From positions 72,787 to 136,786 of the forward strand of contig JAFGHD010000002.1 in assembly GCA_016939365.1 (NCBI GenBank): a DNA stretch of 64,000 nucleotides. The letters run 5' to 3'. The DNA comes from Bacteroidales bacterium (lineage in GTDB: Bacteria > Bacteroidota > Bacteroidia > Bacteroidales > JAFGHD01). Every line of letters begins with the position of its first letter. Position 1 is the stretch's first letter. The position numbers and the translations under genes were made by a program. Of the stretch, positions 9,407-17,048 are shown one piece after another. The notes beneath the pieces were generated by a model. The model did not search any database. It saw only the letters and a list, made by a program, of their open reading frames with translations, and was not told the DNA's origin.

Positions 9407-11890
9407 ATGAAGCGGTCTATCTTAATTCTTTTATTGGCACCTGTCTCTGTCCTGATAATAGGACAAATGCCGGCATCATGCCAGGATCGTACAGCAGAGG
9501 TCGCAGGTGATTTCTGGTTTTCCAGGACGGGTAAAACGGGTGGGCTCTATCCTTCCGGGATGGTTCATTCCGTTGGTCTCCGACCGGCGATAGGTATCTA
9601 CAATGCTTTCGACACCGGCTTCATCCTGATCAGCGTTACCGGCATGCACCCTGAGATTCTGGGATATTCCACGGAGTGTCTTTTCGATCCCGCCCTGATC
9701 CCGCCCGCCATGAGCGTGCTGCTGGAGGCCTATGCCGACCTTATCACAACACGGCAGGAACGTGACAAAGTGCTGGACCTGGAAAAGGTCAGGGAATCCG
9801 GAAACCATGGGCCGGAATCATGGCGGGTGGGGCCACTGCTTGCCACATACTGGGCTCAGTCCTGCTATTACAATGATTCATGCCCGGCAGATACGGCAGG
9901 CTATTGCGGGCATGCCCGTGCCGGGTGCGGTGCCACGGCCATGGGACAGATCATGAAATACCATAATCATCCCGCATCAGGATATGGTGGTCATGAATAC
10001 GATCATCCCATGTATGGAACTCTGGGCGCAAATTTCGGGGCGACATATTACGCCTGGCAGGATATGCCGGATGTGTTGAACAGCAGCAGCCCGCCGGCCT
10101 CGGTCGCTGCCGTGGCCCAGATCCTTTTCCATTGCGGTGTGGCCGTCGAGATGGATTACGGTCCACTGGCATCCTACTCGGGAACCACCAGCATCCGGGA
10201 TGCATTTGTCAAATATTTCCGCTATTCCTCGGAAGGGCAGTTATTAAATATCAGCCAGTTCCCCGACACGATCTGGAGTGAAATGCTCAGGGCTGAAATC
10301 GATGCCGGCAGGCCGGTGTTTTATGGTATTTCATCCGGGACAGGAGGACATTTCACTGTTCTGGACGGATATGAGGGGGAGTATTTCCATTTCAACTGGG
10401 GCAATGCCGTCCAGGCAGGATATTTCAAGCTCCTGTCAGAACTGCCCGTGGTTCAGGAGGCGATCATCCGGCTGATGCCCCTTCCAGGATCATGTGACAG
10501 CGTGGCCCTTTTCCTGGCCAGAGACTGCATGATCGACGACGGCAGCGGGCCTTATCCCTACCCCTCGCTCCAACACTGCATCTACATGATTGCAACTCCC
10601 GGATCCCAGTTCATTTCTTTGGTGTTTGGTAATTTTTCCACCCAATCCGGTGCCGATTACCTGTATATCTTTGACGGATCATCACCATTCAGCCCCCTAC
10701 TGGGAAAATTTTCCGGGAACAACCCCCCTCCTCCGGTGATCTCAAACAGCAGCAGTCTCACCCTGGAGTTCATTACCGACGGTTATATAACCGGCGACGG
10801 ATGGAGCGCATGGTACTCTGCCCACAGCCCATCCGATCTTTGCAACGGATTGACCCATATCACCGATTCGTCCGGCATTGTTGAGGACGGCAGCGGGCCG
10901 GGCAACTACCTGAACCACCAGGATTGCTTCTGGTGGATCCATCCTGCGGATGCCAGCTCCCTCACATTGAGTTTTCTGGAATTTGACACCGAATCCAGCG
11001 CCGATTACCTGAGTATCTTTGATGGGTATTCCATGTCAACCTCCGCCCTGCTTGGATCCTTTGCAGGAAACCAGCTGCCGGCTTCCCTGTCCAGTACCAC
11101 AGGATCGGTGATGCTTCACTTCAATACCGATTTCTCCACGGTCAGGCCGGGTTGGAGAATGGAATACAATGCATCATTTGAGAAAATCATCCTGAATCTG
11201 AAGATATTTCTTGAAGGGCCTTTTGATGCCGGCATCATGAGAACCGACCTGAACCCCGCTGACATACCCCATTCTCATCCCTTTTCCGGCCACCCGTGGA
11301 ATCATTTTCTTCCCGCATCAGTGGCTGCTGTTCCCTCTCCGGGTGTGGTCGACTGGATCCTGCTGGAGATAAGGGAAACCCCCTACGGGGCCGATTCTGC
11401 CACATCAAAAACCTGTACCGGCAGGAAACCTGCATTCCTGATGTCGGACGGCAGTGTCAGGGACCTTAATGGAGCCGATCTCTCCTACTTCAGCACCGAG
11501 ATATCACAGAATCTATTCGTAGTGGTGTGGCACCGGAATCATTTGGGAATCATGAGCTCACAGCCGCTTCCGGTCAGCGGCGGCATATATTCCTACGACT
11601 TTTCAACCAGTGCAGTCCAGGTATACGGCGGAATGACCGGATACCGGGAACTTGCACCCGGGCTCTGGGGCATGGTCTCATCCGACGGAAATGCCGACGG
11701 GCAGATCAATCAGGCTGACAAACAGGATGTATGGACCGTTGAGGCAGGTCTGTCGGGATACCGCGCGGCCGATTTCAATATGGATGGCATGGTGAACAAT
11801 GAAGACAAGATAGAATACTGGGCGGTAAACAGCGGCATGGGAAGCCAGTGGCCGGATCAGACAGGATTGCGGGCCGCTGTTCCGGATTGA
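9407..11890 (+). CDS. Secreted cysteine peptidase, family C10 (streptopain-like), with a pro-domain, two CUB domains and a C-terminal module ending in two dockerin-type Ca-binding repeats
   Basis: Catalytic Cys context CGHARAGCGATAMGQIMKYH (Cys174) and His context GTGGHFTVLDGY (His315). An I69-like pro-region is present (GFILISVTGMHPEILGYSTE). CUB-like signatures include CIYMIATPGSQFISLVFGNFSTQSGADYLYIFDG and CFWWIHPADASSLTLSFLEFDTESSADYLSIFDG. The dockerin-type loops are DGNADGQINQAD and DFNMDGMVNNED. The N-terminus resembles a signal or lipoprotein signal (…MPASCQD). Confidence 0.8.
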   Translation: MKRSILILLLAPVSVLIIGQMPASCQDRTAEVAGDFWFSRTGKTGGLYPSGMVHSVGLRPAIGIYNAFDTGFILISVTGMHPEILGYSTECLFDPALIPPAMSVLLEAYADLITTRQERDKVLDLEKVRESGNHGPESWRVGPLLATYWAQSCYYNDSCPADTAGYCGHARAGCGATAMGQIMKYHNHPASGYGGHEYDHPMYGTLGANFGATYYAWQDMPDVLNSSSPPASVAAVAQILFHCGVAVEMDYGPLASYSGTTSIRDAFVKYFRYSSEGQLLNISQFPDTIWSEMLRAEIDAGRPVFYGISSGTGGHFTVLDGYEGEYFHFNWGNAVQAGYFKLLSELPVVQEAIIRLMPLPGSCDSVALFLARDCMIDDGSGPYPYPSLQHCIYMIATPGSQFISLVFGNFSTQSGADYLYIFDGSSPFSPLLGKFSGNNPPPPVISNSSSLTLEFITDGYITGDGWSAWYSAHSPSDLCNGLTHITDSSGIVEDGSGPGNYLNHQDCFWWIHPADASSLTLSFLEFDTESSADYLSIFDGYSMSTSALLGSFAGNQLPASLSSTTGSVMLHFNTDFSTVRPGWRMEYNASFEKIILNLKIFLEGPFDAGIMRTDLNPADIPHSHPFSGHPWNHFLPASVAAVPSPGVVDWILLEIRETPYGADSATSKTCTGRKPAFLMSDGSVRDLNGADLSYFSTEISQNLFVVVWHRNHLGIMSSQPLPVSGGIYSYDFSTSAVQVYGGMTGYRELAPGLWGMVSSDGNADGQINQADKQDVWTVEAGLSGYRAADFNMDGMVNNEDKIEYWAVNSGMGSQWPDQTGLRAAVPD

Positions 11891-12957
11891 CCATCCCTTA
11901 AGTTTATGAGGAATTTCAGCGTATCCACATCGTCGGCCCAATCCCAGAGCCTCGGCCTTTGCGCACTTCCCGGTGCTGATGTGCCGGCCATAATTTCCTC
12001 ACTGCATATCACACACTGCAACCTGTTCCTTTCCGACCGGATCCATTCCTTCACATCCCCCATGCTGTCATAAAAAAAATAGTGCACAACAGAGACAGGG
12101 GATGCCAAAGCATCATCCTGCTTAAGCATCAGGTAACCATTATCAAGGTGGGTGTCACCATTGATCAGGTAAACCGCCTTGTAATATTCGTAATTGTTCA
12201 TATATTTATGATGGTCCGCCACAAACCTGTATTTACCGGTGAAGTCGAAAAGAACGGCAGGATCGAATCCCACAGGAACGAACAGACTGGAAACACTTCG
12301 GCATCCCAGTCCGAAATAGAGGAAGATGTCATCGGCCAGGCCTTCCCAATCAGCACGGTTTTCCCTGCCCGTGATCACAGCCGCTCCATTCCGGTTCCTC
12401 CGGATGATGTGAGGATATTTTCCGAAATAGTAATCAAAATACCGCGCCGTATTGTCGCTCCCGGTAGCAATAACGGCGTCAAACCCCGATATGGTATCTT
12501 CGGTAAACCGGATCATCGGCAAAAATCCCGGCTCTATTTCCGTCAGCACCCTGGCGAGGCCTGGCAGGAGAAAACGGTCGTCATGGCTGAGCTTTCCGAT
12601 CACACTGTTGCCTGAAACGAGGACGCTGATGAAATCATGGAAACCAGCCAGGGGTATGTTTCCTGCCATGACAAGTCCTACGGTTTGAGGTAATTTTTCC
12701 GTATCCAGTTCACCGGCATATGGGCGGAGCCAACGGTCCAGCTGTTCCTCCTCCAGCATTTCCGCAATGGCAGCTATGGAATGGTGAATGAAGGAAGGAA
12801 TGAACCATGGATTGACTTGAGAAGCCCTGCTTAACGATTCCATGAATCCGGAAACATGTCTGTCCGGAGAGGTCTCGCTGAACCGGACAACCTCCGGCCG
12901 GCGCAGCCAGAGGCCAAACCTGATAAATGCATCCCTTCGTTTTTCGAAATCAATCAT
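11857..12957 (-). CDS. Acyl-CoA reductase, LuxC-like family
   Basis: 366 aa. The motifs AGNIPLAGFHDFISVLVSGN, FDAVIATGSDNTARYFDYYFGKYPHIIRRNRNGAAVITG and DIFLYFGLGCRSVSSLFVP match the Bacteroidetes LuxC-like acyl-CoA reductase family as I recall it. The 3' end overlaps the convergent C10 gene by 34 nt. Confidence 0.7.
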   Translation of the reverse strand: MIDFEKRRDAFIRFGLWLRRPEVVRFSETSPDRHVSGFMESLSRASQVNPWFIPSFIHHSIAAIAEMLEEEQLDRWLRPYAGELDTEKLPQTVGLVMAGNIPLAGFHDFISVLVSGNSVIGKLSHDDRFLLPGLARVLTEIEPGFLPMIRFTEDTISGFDAVIATGSDNTARYFDYYFGKYPHIIRRNRNGAAVITGRENRADWEGLADDIFLYFGLGCRSVSSLFVPVGFDPAVLFDFTGKYRFVADHHKYMNNYEYYKAVYLINGDTHLDNGYLMLKQDDALASPVSVVHYFFYDSMGDVKEWIRSERNRLQCVICSEEIMAGTSAPGSAQRPRLWDWADDVDTLKFLINLRDGQSGTAARNPV

Positions 12958-12975
12958 CGCTCATCTTGCATATTT

Positions 12976-12983
12976 CAAAAGTA
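12976..12983 (-). promoter_or_regulatory. Candidate -7 motif (TACTTTTG on the minus strand) upstream of the LuxC-like gene
   Basis: The plus strand reads CAAAAGTA, 19 nt upstream of the start at 12957. Confidence 0.3.
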
Positions 12984-13081
12984 CACAATCTCGGGCCGGA
13001 AGATCCATTCAAAGGCTTTCAAATTATCCGGAATAAAAAAATTAAAAGTCCATCTCATGGAAGCAATCATTTTAATTGTTT

Positions 13082-13089
13082 TATTTTTG
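13082..13089 (+). promoter_or_regulatory. Candidate -7 promoter motif TATTTTTG upstream of serC
   Basis: Matches TAnnTTTG, 55 nt upstream of the ATG at 13144. Confidence 0.3.
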
Positions 13090-13143
13090 CCTCAGAACAA
13101 CAAACAAACTCACAAGGAATAGATTCAGTCAATCCCTTATCCT

Positions 13144-14214
13144 ATGAAAAAGCACAATTTTTACGCAGGGCCGTCCATTTTGCCTCAATATACCATACAG
13201 AATACGGCGCAGGCTGTGATTGATTTTGCCGGTACCGGGCTATCAATCATGGAGATTTCCCACAGAAGCAAGGAATTCACAGCGGTTATCGAGGAAACCC
13301 AGGCATTGTTCAAGGAGCTGCTGAACATTCCTGATGGTTATTCCGTCATTTTCCTTGGAGGCGGAGCCAGTCTTCAGTTTGCGATGATACCATTCAATCT
13401 GATGCGTAAGAAGGCTGCCTATCTGAATACGGGTGAATGGGCCACCAAAGCCATCAAGGAAGCCAGGTTTTTTGGAGAAGTGGAGGTGGTGGCATCCTCA
13501 GAGGACAGGAATTTCTCCTATATCCCCAAGGATTTCAGGATACCCACTGATGCCGATTACTTTCACATCACGTCCAACAACACCATTTACGGAACAGAGA
13601 TCCGTCATGATATGGACAGTCCTGTAACACTGGTCGCCGACATGTCGTCGGACATATTCAGCAGGCCTGTTGATGTATCCAAATATGGTGTCATTTATGG
13701 TGGTGCCCAAAAGAACCTGGCACCTGCAGGTGTCACCTTCGTCATCATCCGGAATGATATCCTGGGAAAGACGGAACGTCAGATTCCCACGATGCTCAAT
13801 TATCAGACGCACATCAGTAAGGGATCGATGTTCAACACTCCTCCCTGCCTGACTGTCTTTTCCGCACTTCAGACGCTCAAATGGATGAAAGATCAGGGAG
13901 GTGTTCAGGAAATGGCAAAGCGCAATGCTGAAAAAGCCGCCATTCTCTATACGGAGATAGACCGGAACAGGCTTTTCCGGGGTACAGTGGCCAAAGAAGA
14001 CCGGTCAGTAATGAATATCTGTTTTGTGATGAATGATGAGTACAAGGACCTGGAGAAAGAGTTCCTGGAAATGGCATCTTCACGTGGTATGATTGGTATC
14101 AAGGGGCATCGTTCCGTGGGCGGTTTCCGGGCATCCACCTACAATGCGCTTCCCAGAGAAAGCGTGGAAGCATTGGTGGAGGTCATGAAAGACTTCGAGC
14201 AGATGAAAGCATGA
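13144..14214 (+). CDS. serC: 3-phosphoserine/phosphohydroxythreonine aminotransferase
   Basis: [25 protein letters not shown]..., 356 aa, with [12 protein letters not shown] near the C-terminus. This is a classic SerC. Confidence 0.93.
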   Translation: MKKHNFYAGPSILPQYTIQNTAQAVIDFAGTGLSIMEISHRSKEFTAVIEETQALFKELLNIPDGYSVIFLGGGASLQFAMIPFNLMRKKAAYLNTGEWATKAIKEARFFGEVEVVASSEDRNFSYIPKDFRIPTDADYFHITSNNTIYGTEIRHDMDSPVTLVADMSSDIFSRPVDVSKYGVIYGGAQKNLAPAGVTFVIIRNDILGKTERQIPTMLNYQTHISKGSMFNTPPCLTVFSALQTLKWMKDQGGVQEMAKRNAEKAAILYTEIDRNRLFRGTVAKEDRSVMNICFVMNDEYKDLEKEFLEMASSRGMIGIKGHRSVGGFRASTYNALPRESVEALVEVMKDFEQMKA

Positions 14215-14238
14215 CATATATCATTGAATCTTATCATC

Positions 14239-15159
14239 ATGAAAAAAATACTTGTTGCCACTGAAAAACCTTTTGCGCCCGTTGCTGTGAAAGGTATCCG
14301 GCAGATTACTGAAGAAGCCGGTTATGTATTCATGCTGCTGGAAAAATATACCTCACCCCAGGCCTTGCTTGATGCTGTGGCCCAGGCTGATGCCATGATC
14401 ATTCGCAGCGATCAGGTGAATGAGCAGGTGATCAGCGCCGGCAAGCAGCTCAGTATCGTTGTAAGGGCAGGTGCAGGTTACGACAATGTGGACCTGAAGG
14501 CGGCCACGGCAAGGGGTATTGTAGTGATGAATACGCCGGGTCAGAACTCCAATGCAGTTGCAGAGCTGGCTCTCGGCATGATGGTCTATATGGCCCGTAA
14601 CCAATTCAACGGTTCCGCGGGCACCGAGCTGAGCGGCAAGACACTTGGTATTCATGCTTTCGGAAATGTCGGCAGACTGGTGGCTTCCATTGCCTCAGGA
14701 TTCGGAATGGAGATATCGGCTTTTGACCCCTTCCTCAAGCCTGAAGATATTGAGCGCCAAGGGATTAGGGTGGTTCATTCCGTCGGGGATCTTTATCGCT
14801 CCAGCCAGTACATATCATTACACATACCTGCCAACGAACAGACCAGAAACTCCATAAACTACGAATTGCTCAGCATGATGCCGGAGGGTGCCACACTGGT
14901 CAATACGGCCCGCAAAGAGGTCATCGTTGAGGATGGATTGGTGAAGATGTTCAGGGAACGAAAGGATTTCAGGTATGTTTCCGATATTGCACCCGCATGT
15001 CAGGAGACCATTGCATCCGAGTTTCCCGGAAGGTTTTTCTTCACCCCGAAAAAGATGGGTGCCCAAACCGCGGAAGCCAATATCAATGCTGGTCTGGCAG
15101 CAGCAAGACAAATTGTCTCTTTCTTCGAAAACGGCGATACACGTTTCAAGGTCAACTGA
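14239..15159 (+). CDS. serA: D-3-phosphoglycerate dehydrogenase / D-isomer-specific 2-hydroxyacid dehydrogenase
   Basis: NAD-binding GIHAFGNVGRLVA, plus RAGAGYDNVDL and NTPGQNSNAVAE. It lies immediately downstream of serC. I set the start at the ATG at 14239 (MKKILVATEK); the track ORF begins at a TTG at 14224. Confidence 0.85.
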   Translation: MKKILVATEKPFAPVAVKGIRQITEEAGYVFMLLEKYTSPQALLDAVAQADAMIIRSDQVNEQVISAGKQLSIVVRAGAGYDNVDLKAATARGIVVMNTPGQNSNAVAELALGMMVYMARNQFNGSAGTELSGKTLGIHAFGNVGRLVASIASGFGMEISAFDPFLKPEDIERQGIRVVHSVGDLYRSSQYISLHIPANEQTRNSINYELLSMMPEGATLVNTARKEVIVEDGLVKMFRERKDFRYVSDIAPACQETIASEFPGRFFFTPKKMGAQTAEANINAGLAAARQIVSFFENGDTRFKVN

Positions 15160-15294
15160 TCCAACCACCAGACCAGTTGCATCCCTGATCCGCATCCCAT
15201 CGCTGGAAGAGAATTATTTTACCATATGCCACCGGGCAGAAGATTTTTCTTTCCGGAACCGTGAAAATCTGTGATCAACCAAAATCAGAGCCAT

Positions 15295-15741
15295 ATGGAA
15301 CAGGAAACCGCAAAGGGTGATGTCTTTTTCAGATTTGAGGATCTGAGGGTTTACACCAAATCACTGGAATTTCTTGACTGGGTGCACCACAATACACAAC
15401 TGATCCCTGAGCATGAAGCCCGGTTGATCATCAACCGTTTCATGGGATCGGCCCTCAGCATCTCCCTGAATATTGCGGAGGGTGCATCCCGCAGCAAGAT
15501 GCAGTTTGTTTACTTTCTCAAGGTATCGAAAAGCGCCATAAGGGAGTGTGTGGTATACACCCAGACACTCCAAAAGCTTAATCTTTTCACAGATGATATG
15601 GCCGGAGAATCACTTGGACTGCTTCAGGAGATGACCCGGATGATCGGGGCCCTGATCACCTCCATACAGAAAGCCAATCCCGGCAAACGTGCAACTTTCC
15701 GCGAAGAATACCCTTCGCGCCGAAACGACAATCTGGACTAA
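15295..15741 (+). CDS. Four-helix-bundle protein (23S rRNA intervening-sequence protein family, TIGR02436-like)
   Basis: FRFEDLRVYTKSLEFLDWV..., LNIAEGASRSKMQFVYFLKVSKSAIRECVVY. This pattern is typical of that family. ATG at 15295. Confidence 0.7.
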   Translation: MEQETAKGDVFFRFEDLRVYTKSLEFLDWVHHNTQLIPEHEARLIINRFMGSALSISLNIAEGASRSKMQFVYFLKVSKSAIRECVVYTQTLQKLNLFTDDMAGESLGLLQEMTRMIGALITSIQKANPGKRATFREEYPSRRNDNLD

Positions 15742-15751
15742 ACAAAAAACT

Positions 15752-16999
15752 ATGGCAACAATCAAACCCTTCAGGGGATGGAGGCCACCGACTGAATTGG
15801 CATCACAGGTTGCTTCCCGCCCCTACGATGTATTGAACTCTGAAGAGGCCCGTGCAGAGGCTTCCGGTAATCCCTTTTCACTACTGCATATCATCAAACC
15901 TGAAATCGACCTCCCTTCCGGCACCGATATCTATTCGCAAACCGTGTATGACAAAGCGGTTGAAAACTTCAGGTTATTCCAGGAAAAAGGATGGCTCCTG
16001 GAGGACGATGGAGAATACCTGTATATCTATGCCCAGACCATGAATGGCCGGAAACAGTTTGGCATCGTGGCCTGTGCATCCGTCGGGGATTATATGAATG
16101 GCAACATCAAGAAGCATGAACTGACCCGGAAAGACAAGGAGGAAGACCGGATGAAGCATGTCCGTGTCAACAACGCCAATATGGAGCCGGTTTTCTTCTC
16201 CTACCCTGCCCACAGGGAACTCGATAATCTTGTGGCAGACTTTGTGGATAAAAATTCGCCGGAGTATGACTTTACAGTCATCGACGGAATCGGGCATCAT
16301 TTCTGGGTGATCCGTGATCCGGAGACCATCCGCCGGATCGTGGAGATATTTGCGTCGATCCCTGTCATTTATGTTGCTGACGGACACCACAGAACAGCCG
16401 CTGCAGCATTGGTGGGTCACGAAAAGAAGCTGGGCAACCCCAACCATACCGGCCGGGAAGAATACAATTATTTCCTGGCCGTCCATTTCCCCGACAACCA
16501 GCTTACCATCATCGATTACAACCGGGTGGTGAAGGACCTGAATGGGCTGACAAAAGATGAATTGCTGGAGCGGCTTTCAGGAATATTTGTGATTGAAGAA
16601 AAAGGCATTGAAATCTACAAACCTGCCCATCTGCACAATTTCTCCATGTACCTCGACGGTCGCTGGTATTCGATGACTGCACGCACGGGCACCTATGATG
16701 ACAGCGATCCGATCGGTGTGCTGGATGTGACCATCCTGTCGCAGCACGTCCTGGATCACATTCTGGGCATCACCGACCTTCGCACCTCGAAGCGGATCGA
16801 TTTCGTCGGTGGCATTCGTGGCCTTGGAGAACTGAAGAGGCGCGTGGATAGCGGGGAAATGGCAGCAGCCTTTGCCCTCTACCCGGTATCCATGAAACAG
16901 CTTATCAATATTGCCGATACCGGTAATATCATGCCTCCCAAGACAACCTGGTTCGAGCCCAAACTCAGGAGCGGACTGGTGGTGCACAAACTGGATTAA
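15752..16999 (+). CDS. DUF1015 domain-containing protein
   Basis: MATIKPFRGWRPPTELASQVASRPYDVLNSEEARAEASGNPFSLLHIIKPEIDL and ADGHHRTAAA are hallmarks of DUF1015. ATG at 15752. Confidence 0.8.
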   Translation: MATIKPFRGWRPPTELASQVASRPYDVLNSEEARAEASGNPFSLLHIIKPEIDLPSGTDIYSQTVYDKAVENFRLFQEKGWLLEDDGEYLYIYAQTMNGRKQFGIVACASVGDYMNGNIKKHELTRKDKEEDRMKHVRVNNANMEPVFFSYPAHRELDNLVADFVDKNSPEYDFTVIDGIGHHFWVIRDPETIRRIVEIFASIPVIYVADGHHRTAAAALVGHEKKLGNPNHTGREEYNYFLAVHFPDNQLTIIDYNRVVKDLNGLTKDELLERLSGIFVIEEKGIEIYKPAHLHNFSMYLDGRWYSMTARTGTYDDSDPIGVLDVTILSQHVLDHILGITDLRTSKRIDFVGGIRGLGELKRRVDSGEMAAAFALYPVSMKQLINIADTGNIMPPKTTWFEPKLRSGLVVHKLD

Positions 17000-17048
17000 T
17001 CAGAGGAATCCGGAAGCATTTCAGGGGATTTTCCCTGTTTCGGGGTAA

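Noticed and set aside
11857-11890. The 34-nt convergent overlap between the 3' ends of the C10 peptidase gene and the LuxC-like gene.
   Set aside because: Both ORFs have good homology to their ends. Short convergent overlaps are common and need no special explanation.
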